25,673 bases of DNA from Verrucomicrobiota bacterium (GCA_045046875.1 JASFYY010000100.1:1-25673), one strand, 5' to 3'; counted from the stretch's first letter, positions 9,295 through 17,305 are shown. Translations and numbers: made by a program. Notes: generated by a model not told the origin, from the letters alone.

Positions 9295-9458
9295 AGAAGG
9301 GGGCAGGTGAAATAATTTAGATGACTTGATTGGGGGGTCAAGATGTTGTTATGATAACGGAGATAACCTGGTGCTTTTAGCAAAAGCGTTGGGATTCATG
9401 GCTCATCATTTGCAAAGAGGGATTGAGCGAATAGGCTTGAGTTCAAAATTCCCCGCAA

Positions 9459-11888
9459 ATGCAAAAAATCATACAAATCCTGATACTGGCTACTTTTTTT
9501 GTCGCGACTAGCTCTGCTGAAACGATGCGTGAGTTGCCCGTATCGGCGATCGGATTCATCGGGCCGGGTGTTAAAATGGATCCGCCGGAATCAGCAGTGG
9601 CTAGCGCAATGGGCAGCAAGGCGTCGGTGGCTTTTCCCGTTTCGAATCGCAGTCTGGTGATTGATTTGGGTGAAGTGCGCTTGGTTCATCAAGTAAATTT
9701 GTTTGATAACCTGCGGGATAACTCGGGCACTTCGCCGCTGATCTCAAAATATGGATTGGAATTATACACCAGTCATGATGGCCGGCATTTTGTCCGTTAT
9801 GAAAAGCCGTTTGAAATTACGATTGAAGCGGGTCGACAGCAGGGGGTTTTTGAAAAAGTGCGCATTGAGAGTCTGACGGTCTTGGCTCGTTACATCAAGT
9901 TGCATGCCGAGTTGCCATCAAGGGCTTATGATTTTGTTAATAGTAACCTACAGCAAATGGTTCGTGTTTATCAAGATCCGGGACTGGCCGCCACTTTAAC
10001 TGAATTGCAGGTGGATCGTTATGTTGCGGATCGCGCAGCCTTTTCTGCCCGTATTGAAATGCCGGGTAAGGATGGGAGTGCGCTCTGGTTGGAGGTTTTG
10101 GACACGGCTGGAAATAAGCTTGCCCGTTTAGCGGTTCCCAAAGATGGAGAAGTGCGCGATCAAATAGATGTGAGCTCGCTGAAAGACGGGCCGCAACTTC
10201 TTAAATGGGTTTTGCAATCAGAGAAATGGGGAGTGCTGTCGTGGAAATTGCATAAAATTTACAAGACAGGTGAGATCCTGATTAATCCCAAACAAAATAT
10301 TGAGGCCAAAGCGGGGCAGGTGGTGATGTTTGATCAGTTTGAGGGGGCGTGGGGAGAGTCGGGTTTTGTTTCCAATCAGGGGGTGGTTCGAAAAATCCGG
10401 TTGGGGAAAACAGGAGGAGAGCCTTTGCAAGTGGCACTGCCGGTCAAGGGCTGGTATGCGGTGAGCATTGGACTGATTGATGGAAGTCAGGCAGAGGTGC
10501 AGCTTGGGGAAGCTCCTGCCAAAAGGGTGAAGCTGCAAGTATGGCGGCAGTATGACAAGGCGCTTGGCTTGGGAGAGGCTTTGGTGGGAGTGGCGGATTT
10601 GAATGCAAGCAAGCTCACTATTCGAGCTATAGGAAAAGCCGAATGCCGGATCGCTTTTGTGCGTTTGCTGGCTCTTTCTGCGCAGCAGATTCAGCTGGCC
10701 AAAGCCGTTCAAGTGCCCAATCAGACGGGGCGGGTGACGATCAATAATGATGGGTTCAGCATGTTTTATTCGGGAGTAAATTCAAAAGAGGAGTTGTTCG
10801 AAATGGTGGATAAATACCGCGGTAAGCGGCTTTATTCCTATGACTACTGTCTCGGTAGTGATGCAACCTGCACTTACGATACCAAGGTGGGTACGGTTTT
10901 TGGTAGTCATGTGGAGAAGTTCTGGCGTCAGGGGGATCGCCGGGCTTATGAAGGGATAAAAAAGCTGATCACTGAAGGCAATGATCCGTTGCGGGTGGTG
11001 ATCGATCGGTGCCGCAGCATCGGGCAGCCGGTGCATGTGTCCTTTCGCATGAACGCCAACTACGCCCCACCTAATGCAAAGACAATGAATGGTCGTCAGT
11101 ATTGGGATAACTACGATTGCCGCATTTTAAACAGTAATAAAAAATACAGTTATCGTCTCAGTTATGCTTACCCGCAGGTTCGTGAATACCGACTTGCGGT
11201 GATCAAAGAAGGACTGACTTATGGGCCGGATGGTTTGAATTTGGATTTCCTTCGCCACCCTCCTTTTGTGGGTTTTGACCCACCTTTGGTGGAGGCTTTT
11301 AAAAAGCGGTATGGCTTGGATGCTTTTAAAAATCCCAATGACCCACGTTGGTTGGCGATGCAGGTAGAGGTGATGACGGGGTTTGTGCGTTCGGTTCGAC
11401 AGGTTTTGGATGAGGAATCCAAGCGGCAGGGACGCAAAATGACTTTGACGGTGGCTTTTGATTACAGTGGGTATCAAGGGCAAGCTCTGGATGTGCAAGG
11501 TTGGGTTAAAGAGGGACTGGTGGACCAGATCATTCCCGGGGTTCATGGATATGGGGGCAGTCGCTTTTCGGTGACCAAGTTTGCCCAAATGGTGAAGGGC
11601 ACGGATTGCCAGCTTTTTGTCCGCTTGGAGCACACCATAAAAGGGCATGACCCCACTCCGGAATCCGAACGTGGAGAGGAGAAAATCCACCGCGAGCATG
11701 TGACCTTGAACTCCTATCGTCGCCGGGTGTTGGAGTTGTATGGTGAAGGTGCCGAGGGGATTTATCTTTTTAATAACTCGGGTTTGGGATTTATCGATGT
11801 GCTGAGTGATAAAAACGGCTTATATTTATGGGATGAATTCGAGCAACCTTTGATCGGTTGGTTTGAAGTTGGAAAACAGTCAGAGTGA
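9459..11888 (+). CDS. Secreted glycoside hydrolase-like protein (GHL10/DUF187-type TIM barrel) with N-terminal discoidin-like domain
   Basis: Signal peptide; LVIDLGE..YTSHDG..ARYIKL discoidin-like motif; C-terminal INNDG, DPLRVVIDRC, SFRMN and DGLNLDFLRHP motifs. Confidence 0.75.
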   Translation: MQKIIQILILATFFVATSSAETMRELPVSAIGFIGPGVKMDPPESAVASAMGSKASVAFPVSNRSLVIDLGEVRLVHQVNLFDNLRDNSGTSPLISKYGLELYTSHDGRHFVRYEKPFEITIEAGRQQGVFEKVRIESLTVLARYIKLHAELPSRAYDFVNSNLQQMVRVYQDPGLAATLTELQVDRYVADRAAFSARIEMPGKDGSALWLEVLDTAGNKLARLAVPKDGEVRDQIDVSSLKDGPQLLKWVLQSEKWGVLSWKLHKIYKTGEILINPKQNIEAKAGQVVMFDQFEGAWGESGFVSNQGVVRKIRLGKTGGEPLQVALPVKGWYAVSIGLIDGSQAEVQLGEAPAKRVKLQVWRQYDKALGLGEALVGVADLNASKLTIRAIGKAECRIAFVRLLALSAQQIQLAKAVQVPNQTGRVTINNDGFSMFYSGVNSKEELFEMVDKYRGKRLYSYDYCLGSDATCTYDTKVGTVFGSHVEKFWRQGDRRAYEGIKKLITEGNDPLRVVIDRCRSIGQPVHVSFRMNANYAPPNAKTMNGRQYWDNYDCRILNSNKKYSYRLSYAYPQVREYRLAVIKEGLTYGPDGLNLDFLRHPPFVGFDPPLVEAFKKRYGLDAFKNPNDPRWLAMQVEVMTGFVRSVRQVLDEESKRQGRKMTLTVAFDYSGYQGQALDVQGWVKEGLVDQIIPGVHGYGGSRFSVTKFAQMVKGTDCQLFVRLEHTIKGHDPTPESERGEEKIHREHVTLNSYRRRVLELYGEGAEGIYLFNNSGLGFIDVLSDKNGLYLWDEFEQPLIGWFEVGKQSE

Positions 11889-11913
11889 TTTAATCTGAAT
11901 TCCACAACCCGGC

Positions 11914-12381
11914 ATGAGGCTTGTAATACTTATATTTTCTTTTTATCTCACCCAAGCATTAGGCGGATCCGAAGTTGAGAAACGTAATGAAGAAGGTGGG
12001 GTTTCTTATTATCGAAATGGAAATATGATTCTTCAATCACAATCCCTTACTGATGTGTTGGTCAGTAATAGTATCTTTCATGATGGAAGAAGGATTGCAA
12101 GTTACCAATACCTGAAAAAATCCGGGGAAGGAAGATTTACTGTATCAGGGAATACCGAAGGGATTGTTTTGGCTTTTATTGATAAAAATGGTGATGATGT
12201 GATCGACGAAATCCATATCACAACGGAGATGGATAGGGGCACTGGGATGAAATTGTTAGAGGCTTTTAAAGTGTCTTCAAATCATTTACTTGTTCCTTTC
12301 ACCAACAACGATTTTGTCCCATATTGGAAAACCGAGAAGGTATTGGAAGAAGCTTTGAAAAAAATACGGGTAAAAAAATAG
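11914..12381 (+). CDS. Secreted hypothetical protein (AT-rich gene)
   Basis: 155-aa ORF with hydrophobic signal peptide and an EF-hand-like DKNGDDVIDE loop; no competing long ORF; visibly AT-richer than its neighbours. Confidence 0.7.
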   Translation: MRLVILIFSFYLTQALGGSEVEKRNEEGGVSYYRNGNMILQSQSLTDVLVSNSIFHDGRRIASYQYLKKSGEGRFTVSGNTEGIVLAFIDKNGDDVIDEIHITTEMDRGTGMKLLEAFKVSSNHLLVPFTNNDFVPYWKTEKVLEEALKKIRVKK

Positions 12382-12415
12382 GCGTCCGGCTGAATTTACA
12401 TCAAGGTGAAATCAT

Positions 12416-12649
12416 TTATTCCCGAATAACTTTAAGGTAGTTCTCCGTCGTAATGGGATTTTTTTTGCTGCCCGGCATTCCCCCTTTTCCTATCCAGCGC
12501 AGCAGGGAATTCTGTTCGGAAACTTTCTTGCCAACCAGTTTTTCCTCGGATATTTCGAAATCAACCACCACTCCAGAAGTCAGGCCAAGATTATCCCGTA
12601 TTTTTTTAGGGATCGTGATTTGCCCTTTCTCCGAAATGATTGCCGTCAT
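12416..12649 (-). CDS. AbrB/MazE/SpoVT-family DNA-binding protein (VapB-like antitoxin)
   Basis: MTAIISEKGQITIPKKIRDNLGL..G..VDF is the AbrB signature. Start re-called at ATG 12649 (77 aa) instead of 12745. Confidence 0.85.
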   Translation of the reverse strand: MTAIISEKGQITIPKKIRDNLGLTSGVVVDFEISEEKLVGKKVSEQNSLLRWIGKGGMPGSKKNPITTENYLKVIRE

Positions 12650-12650
12650 G

Positions 12651-12684
12651 CTTATACGGTATGAATTTCTAACAAAAAAATCAA
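12651..12684 (-). promoter_or_regulatory. Putative leaderless sigma70 promoter of the AbrB gene with overlapping operator-like palindrome
   Basis: Minus strand reads TTGATT-17 nt-TACCGT-6 nt-ATG; the palindrome ATAC-c-GTAT overlaps the -10; no Shine-Dalgarno. Confidence 0.45.
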
Positions 12685-12763
12685 GATTGCTTACTTTTGA
12701 ATCGTATTTGTAAAATATAGCTGTGCGCCAACTGAACAAAGTCAATGTGACGTGGCAGCAGGC

Positions 12764-13537
12764 TCACTGCTCGACTTGTTTGAGCTCCCGACTGCGGTCT
12801 TTGGAGAGGTCGAGTTGATGGAAGTCGCTTTGACCTTCGGGTAAGATGAGCTTGAGACGGTTGCAGACGTCCACCTGGGAGGTGCCGCTGATCAGTTCGA
12901 AACCTAGGATGTGGCCGCCGCGTTTTTTGTCATCACTGATGAAATGCAGGTGATAACCCGGCACCCCGATGCCTTTGACAAAAGGCGGACTACGGAAACC
13001 GACGATGGTTCCTGAAACGTTACGCAGGTGAAATTCAGGTTGATGGGAAGCCACCTTGGCTAAGAGGGGGTAGGGTTTTTTCTGAGCAGGCACCGAGCGG
13101 GTATGCATGGTTCGGAACGTGCCTTGTATTTTGATCGCTACGAAGGCGTTTTTGTCGGTGACCTTCTGATCGAGGAAGCTTTTGATGGTCTCCATGTTGC
13201 TGTCAGAGGGCAGGGTGAGGGTGTTTTGCGGAGAAAAGCGACAGACCGCAGCGAAGGGGGTGGTGAGCTCGAGTGGGGGGCGGTACACTTTGCCGTCGGA
13301 TTTGATTTGGTAAACGATCCCATCCAGGACCAGCATTTCACCATCGAGGTGGTCAAAGGTGCCGAGGCCAAAGTTGCCTTTTTTCAGCAGTTCGCGACAA
13401 GTCATGGTGCCATCGTAGGAACCGACCAGCAGGGCGTCGATGGTTGAATTTTGAGTCACTTGATGCCTCGGCTGTAAGCTTGAGCAAGAAATGGTGACGC
13501 AGAGGCATAACAGCAGAGTGAAGCGGAGTGGATTCAT
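12764..13537 (-). CDS. budA: Alpha-acetolactate decarboxylase with N-terminal lipoprotein-like signal
   Basis: QNSTIDALL.G.YDG, GNFGLGTFDHLDGEM, TPFA, GYHLHFISDD...GGH zinc motif, C-terminal VEQ; signal ending VTISC. Confidence 0.92.
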   Translation of the reverse strand: MNPLRFTLLLCLCVTISCSSLQPRHQVTQNSTIDALLVGSYDGTMTCRELLKKGNFGLGTFDHLDGEMLVLDGIVYQIKSDGKVYRPPLELTTPFAAVCRFSPQNTLTLPSDSNMETIKSFLDQKVTDKNAFVAIKIQGTFRTMHTRSVPAQKKPYPLLAKVASHQPEFHLRNVSGTIVGFRSPPFVKGIGVPGYHLHFISDDKKRGGHILGFELISGTSQVDVCNRLKLILPEGQSDFHQLDLSKDRSRELKQVEQ

Positions 13538-13759
13538 GTTGAATTGATTAATAATAGGATCAGGTCAAATTTCAAGCCCAAGCATGCGAGAGCGCGGCAT
13601 TTCGCATGCCTTGCATCACTTATTGCAATTATGAGAATTGCTGCTCAATTTTAATAATATTATGGAAATTTTGCTTGTCAGTGAAGGTCATATAGTTTGT
13701 ATTGATTCAAGCAGACCTTGTAAGTGCATTAATTATGGCATTTATACTGTTGGAAAAAC

Positions 13760-13833
13760 GAGTTATTGGTAAAGGGCCGGAGGTTTTTTTACCAACTCAG
13801 GAGGGGAGCCTCCGGGCCGGAAGGCTGGTTTTT
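13760..13833 (+). promoter_or_regulatory. Structured leader (attenuator/pseudoknot-like) upstream of the response regulator
   Basis: Three alternative or overlapping stems: 13766-13773/13788-13795; 13777-13783/13809-13815; 13807-13826 hairpin followed by GGTTTTTCT. Confidence 0.4.
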
Positions 13834-13882
13834 CTGATTCAGAGGATTTGCAGGAATCACAAACATAAACCCATACAAAATC

Positions 13883-14437
13883 ATGCCAGACGAAGAATTG
13901 CCGGAATTGATGACGGTCAAGGAAACCTCTAAATATTTACGCATCCCGCTGCCAACAGTGTATTATCTGGTGCAGCGCGGACAATTGCCTGCGATTCAGA
14001 TTGGCGGGCGCTGGAGGATTAAGCGCAGCCTTTTGGACAAGGATGTTTTGAAAAACGACGAAGGCGGTCAACCTACGGTGTTGGTGGTGGATGATGACCC
14101 GGCTTTGCAGACCTTGTTCAAGCAGTTTCTCAAAAAAGCTGGATTTGGAAGGATCGTAGTGGGTACTGGTATGGAAGCTCTTTCTTATGCCAAAAAACAG
14201 AAGTTTGATCTGGTTTTTCTCGATCTGAAGTTGCCGGATATTCCTGGAGATGAATTGTATGTGAAGCTCAAGGAGGTGGATGCAGATTTGCCGATTGTTA
14301 TTATCACGGGTTATCCCGATAGCGAGATTTTGACTCGAATCCTGGCCAATGGGCCGGTGACAGTGATTCAAAAACCGATTGAGTTTGATCAGTTGAACCA
14401 AACGGTGAAGATCCTGGGGCACCGGGGGGCTGAGTAA
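13883..14437 (+). CDS. Response regulator with N-terminal excisionase-like (HTH_17) DNA-binding domain
   Basis: LMTVKETSKYLRI..TVY..LPAIQIGGRWRI (Xis-like HTH); receiver domain with VVDDD, LVFLDLKLP, IITG and QKP intact. Confidence 0.9.
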   Translation: MPDEELPELMTVKETSKYLRIPLPTVYYLVQRGQLPAIQIGGRWRIKRSLLDKDVLKNDEGGQPTVLVVDDDPALQTLFKQFLKKAGFGRIVVGTGMEALSYAKKQKFDLVFLDLKLPDIPGDELYVKLKEVDADLPIVIITGYPDSEILTRILANGPVTVIQKPIEFDQLNQTVKILGHRGAE

Positions 14438-14466
14438 CCGGGGGTCTGGCGGGGTTGGCGGAATAT

Positions 14467-14531
14467 AGGAGCGCGGACTTTCCAGTCCGCCGTAGCAGTG
14501 GGGTACGGCGGGTAGGAAAACCCGCGCTCCT
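14467..14531. repeat. REP doublet (REPIN-like inverted pair)
   Basis: AGGAGCGCGGACTTTCCAGTCCGCCGTA-9 nt-TACGGCGGGTAGGAAAACCCGCGCTCCT. Each arm carries its own hairpin preceded by GGAG. Confidence 0.75.
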
Positions 14532-14535
14532 GTGT

Positions 14536-14576
14536 AACAAAAAAGCCACTCTCTTGCGAGAGTGGCTTTTTGTTTT
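14536..14576. terminator. Bidirectional rho-independent terminator
   Basis: AAAAAA-GCCACTCTC-TTGC-GAGAGTGGC-TTTTTGTTTT between convergent genes. Confidence 0.9.
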
Positions 14577-14588
14577 AATGATTTTGGT

Positions 14589-15614
14589 TTAATCCCAGCC
14601 GTGGGCGTCGCGCACTTTGATCATGGCGGCTAGAATCGTGTTCCAGGTTTTTTGTTCTTCCAAGATTGCGTTGGGGAACATGCAGCCATCCCAGCAGATG
14701 TGCTTGATGCCGCGATCTGCAGCGTCTTTGAGCCAGTAACCTGCGGCTTTGGTGATGTCCAGGCGTCCATTGGGGTCGTCGGCTTGGCAGTGACGTCCCG
14801 TTTTGTCGTGTGATCCGCTGCCGTGCACCGAGCCGTCGTTCTGGGCGACGTGGAAGTCGATGGTCCAGGGGCGCAGGGCATCGGTCATGGTGCTGTAGGC
14901 GGTGTGAAATTCTTCATCGCTGTAGCCTTCCTGTAGCAAAGCATCTTCCGGTGCGTTGTAACCAAGCAGGTAGAGGTAGCTGTGAGCCATGTCGGCCTGA
15001 AAACCGACGGTTTCCGGCATGCCAACTTCTTCAAGCAAGTTGACCATGTTTTTCCATGAGTGCATGCCTGCCCAGCAGATTTCGCCTTCGGCGGCGAGGC
15101 GTTCGCCGTGATCGGCGGCGACTTTAGCCGCTTCGCGGAAAGTTTGGGCAATCAGCTTGGTATTGGCTTCGGGGTCTTTGCCCCAGTTCTCAGGGCTGTC
15201 GGCGGAGTCGATGCGGATCACTCCGTATTGGCGTACTCCGTGCTCGTTGAAAATCTTGCCAATGCGGCAGGCCTTTTCAACAGCCATTACAAATTTTTTC
15301 CTCGCTTCCTCGTCCCCCATGGCGGAATCACCCACCGTGCCAGGCCAGATCGGAGCCACCAGTGATCCCACTGCCAGTCCGTGACCGGCAATTTTGTCGG
15401 CCATGGCTTTCAACTCATCCTCACTCGCATCCGGATCGGTGTGCGGATGGAACAGGAACAGGTCAACCCCATCGTATTTCTGTCCATCCACTTCGGCATT
15501 GGCCGTCAGCTCGAGCATGCGGTCGAGGCTGATCGGTGGTTCGGCGCCGTCTTCGTCGCCGCCTTTGCCGACGAGGCCGGGCCACATCGCGTTATGGAGT
15601 TTGGGTGAGTTCAT
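14589..15614 (-). CDS. Xylose-isomerase-like TIM barrel sugar isomerase/epimerase
   Basis: [14 protein letters not shown] family start; candidate metal ligands AAEGE, FQADMAH, FHVAQND and CWDG. Confidence 0.8.
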   Translation of the reverse strand: MNSPKLHNAMWPGLVGKGGDEDGAEPPISLDRMLELTANAEVDGQKYDGVDLFLFHPHTDPDASEDELKAMADKIAGHGLAVGSLVAPIWPGTVGDSAMGDEEARKKFVMAVEKACRIGKIFNEHGVRQYGVIRIDSADSPENWGKDPEANTKLIAQTFREAAKVAADHGERLAAEGEICWAGMHSWKNMVNLLEEVGMPETVGFQADMAHSYLYLLGYNAPEDALLQEGYSDEEFHTAYSTMTDALRPWTIDFHVAQNDGSVHGSGSHDKTGRHCQADDPNGRLDITKAAGYWLKDAADRGIKHICWDGCMFPNAILEEQKTWNTILAAMIKVRDAHGWD

Positions 15615-15620
15615 TCTTTT

Positions 15621-15655
15621 TAGGAGCTAGAATTTAGGAGATAGGAGTTAGAATA
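15621..15655. repeat. Five-unit heptanucleotide tandem repeat
   Basis: TAGGAGC TAGAATT TAGGAGA TAGGAGT TAGAATA fills most of the lsrF/isomerase intergenic gap. Confidence 0.75.
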
Positions 15656-16612
15656 TTACGCTTCGTTTTTGAGGTCGTTGTACATTTGGAAGGCTTCGGC
15701 TGGTTTGAGGCCTTCGTGCACCACGCCGCGAACGGCTTTCATCATTGGCACGGGCGCATCAGCTTGGAAGATGTTGCGTCCCATGTCCACTCCGCTGGCT
15801 CCTTGTTCGCAGGCATCGTAGGCCATTTGCAAAGCGTCGAGCTCAGGGCGTTTTTTGCCACCGGCGATAACGATCGGAACCGGACAACAAGAGGTGACGG
15901 TTTCGAATTCTTCGTCGGTGTGGTAACATTTGACGATGTGGCAGCCGAGTTCCGCCATGATGCGGGTCGCCATGCGGAAGTATTTCGGGGTGCGGGCCAT
16001 GGAGCGTCCTACAGCGGTCACGCCCATGACGGCGATGCCATAACGCGCAGCGGCGTCGATGGTTTTGGTCAGGTTCTGCAAAGAGCGGCGCTCATGGTGA
16101 CTGCCGATGAAAACCTGCACGGCCAAAACCGAGGCGTTGAGACGGATTGCTTCTTCGATGTCCACGGCGGTGTCTTCGTAAGAAAGAGGTTCGTAGCCAG
16201 GGCGCCCGAGTTTGAGCGGTTTGCCGTCGAGTTCGCCTTCCCATTCGTCCATCGGGCTGATCATCGAGGTGCCACCGGAAGATCGCAATGCGATCGCTTT
16301 CTGGGTGCTGGCCGGGATGATGCTGCGTTGGATGCCGCGAGTGAGCATCAGGCAGTCACAATGAGGTTCGAGCGGCAGGATGGTCTGATCGACGCGTTCC
16401 AGGCCGGTGGTGGGTCCCATGAAATATCCATGGTCAAAAGCCAGCATGATAGTGCGTCCGGTTTTTGGGTTGAAAACTTTGGACAGGCGGTTTTTCAGTC
16501 CCCAGTCGTATTGGTGGGAGCCTTTGAGGAAAAAACCAGGCGTCTCCTGGGGAGTGCTTGCGAAGTATTCCTTGTCCTGTTTGTCTGCGGTTGATGTGTC
16601 TAGATCGGCCAT
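15656..16612 (-). CDS. lsrF: LsrF-family class I aldolase/thiolase (3-hydroxy-5-phosphonooxypentane-2,4-dione thiolase-like)
   Basis: MADLD.., DWG..RLS..FNPKTG.T.MLAFDHGYF.GPTTGLER, Schiff-base Lys in IVKCY, CPVPIVIAGGKK, GASGVDMGRNIFQ. Confidence 0.9.
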   Translation of the reverse strand: MADLDTSTADKQDKEYFASTPQETPGFFLKGSHQYDWGLKNRLSKVFNPKTGRTIMLAFDHGYFMGPTTGLERVDQTILPLEPHCDCLMLTRGIQRSIIPASTQKAIALRSSGGTSMISPMDEWEGELDGKPLKLGRPGYEPLSYEDTAVDIEEAIRLNASVLAVQVFIGSHHERRSLQNLTKTIDAAARYGIAVMGVTAVGRSMARTPKYFRMATRIMAELGCHIVKCYHTDEEFETVTSCCPVPIVIAGGKKRPELDALQMAYDACEQGASGVDMGRNIFQADAPVPMMKAVRGVVHEGLKPAEAFQMYNDLKNEA

Positions 16613-16660
16613 AATATTATTTTAGTTAAAGTGTGTTAATTGAGTGTAATTGTTTAAAAA

Positions 16661-17296
16661 TCAGCTGTTTATGAAATCATTCATGGTGTTAAAGATGATT
16701 GCGATGGAAACCGCGCCGGCATCGGGGTGGCCGATGGATTTTTCGCCGAGTGTTTTGGCTCGTCCCATGGTGGCGATCATGGCTTTGGAAGCATCGCGTC
16801 CCGCTTCGCCGGCAGCGGCTACAGCGGTGATCGCTTCATTCAGCGGTTGATCGGCAGCACCCTGGGCGGCCGTGGCCGCTGGATCAAGCGCGTCGATCAT
16901 GGTTTTGTCGCCGGGTTTGGCGCCGCCACGATCCATCACACTTTGTGTTCCTGACGTAATAAGTTCTGCAAGCTCTTTAGCTGTAAGGGATTCGCTGTCC
17001 TTGATGCTTTTTCCGCCAGCGCGGAAGAGCGTTCCGAAAACCGCACCAGAAGCACCGCCCATGGAGCTCATCATCGCCATACCGACGTCCATGAAAACTT
17101 TGCCAACGGAAGTGTATTCACTGGCTCCCAGTTTTTCTTTGATCGCGTTCATGCCGCGTTCCATTCCAACTCCGTGATCGCCGTCACCGAGCGCCCGATC
17201 GGCATCGGTGAGAATGGGTTCAGCTTCGATAATGGCATCAGCAACCTGAAGCATCATGGTTTTGGTTTCTGTAGGAGTGAGTTGTGTTTTTGGCAT
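16661..17296 (-). CDS. dhaL: Dihydroxyacetone-kinase-family nucleotide-binding subunit (DhaL/Dak2)
   Basis: DRALGDGDHG, MGGASGAVFG, GAKPGDKTMIDAL, GRA..LGEKSIGHPDAGA. Start re-called at ATG 17296. Confidence 0.9.
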   Translation of the reverse strand: MPKTQLTPTETKTMMLQVADAIIEAEPILTDADRALGDGDHGVGMERGMNAIKEKLGASEYTSVGKVFMDVGMAMMSSMGGASGAVFGTLFRAGGKSIKDSESLTAKELAELITSGTQSVMDRGGAKPGDKTMIDALDPAATAAQGAADQPLNEAITAVAAAGEAGRDASKAMIATMGRAKTLGEKSIGHPDAGAVSIAIIFNTMNDFINS

Positions 17297-17305
17297 GTTA
17301 GTAAA

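Noticed and set aside
12650..12745. Longer N-terminus for the AbrB ORF
   Set aside because: The extension covers the putative promoter; the AbrB domain starts at ATG 12649.
13760..13833. c-di-GMP-I riboswitch (GGTAAA and GCCTCCGG are suggestive)
   Set aside because: Lacks the GNRA-loop stem, the GACGCAAA junction and the closing motif.
13702..13932. 76-aa ORF as a leader peptide
   Set aside because: Non-ATG start, no RBS, no amino-acid-run signature, and it overlaps the regulator out of frame.
13883..14060. Excisionase as a sign of a prophage or ICE
   Set aside because: Fused to a receiver domain; no integrase, att/tRNA site or phage genes in the window.
15686..16594. 302-aa antisense ORF over lsrF
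   Set aside because: Codon-aligned antisense shadow of a strongly biased gene.
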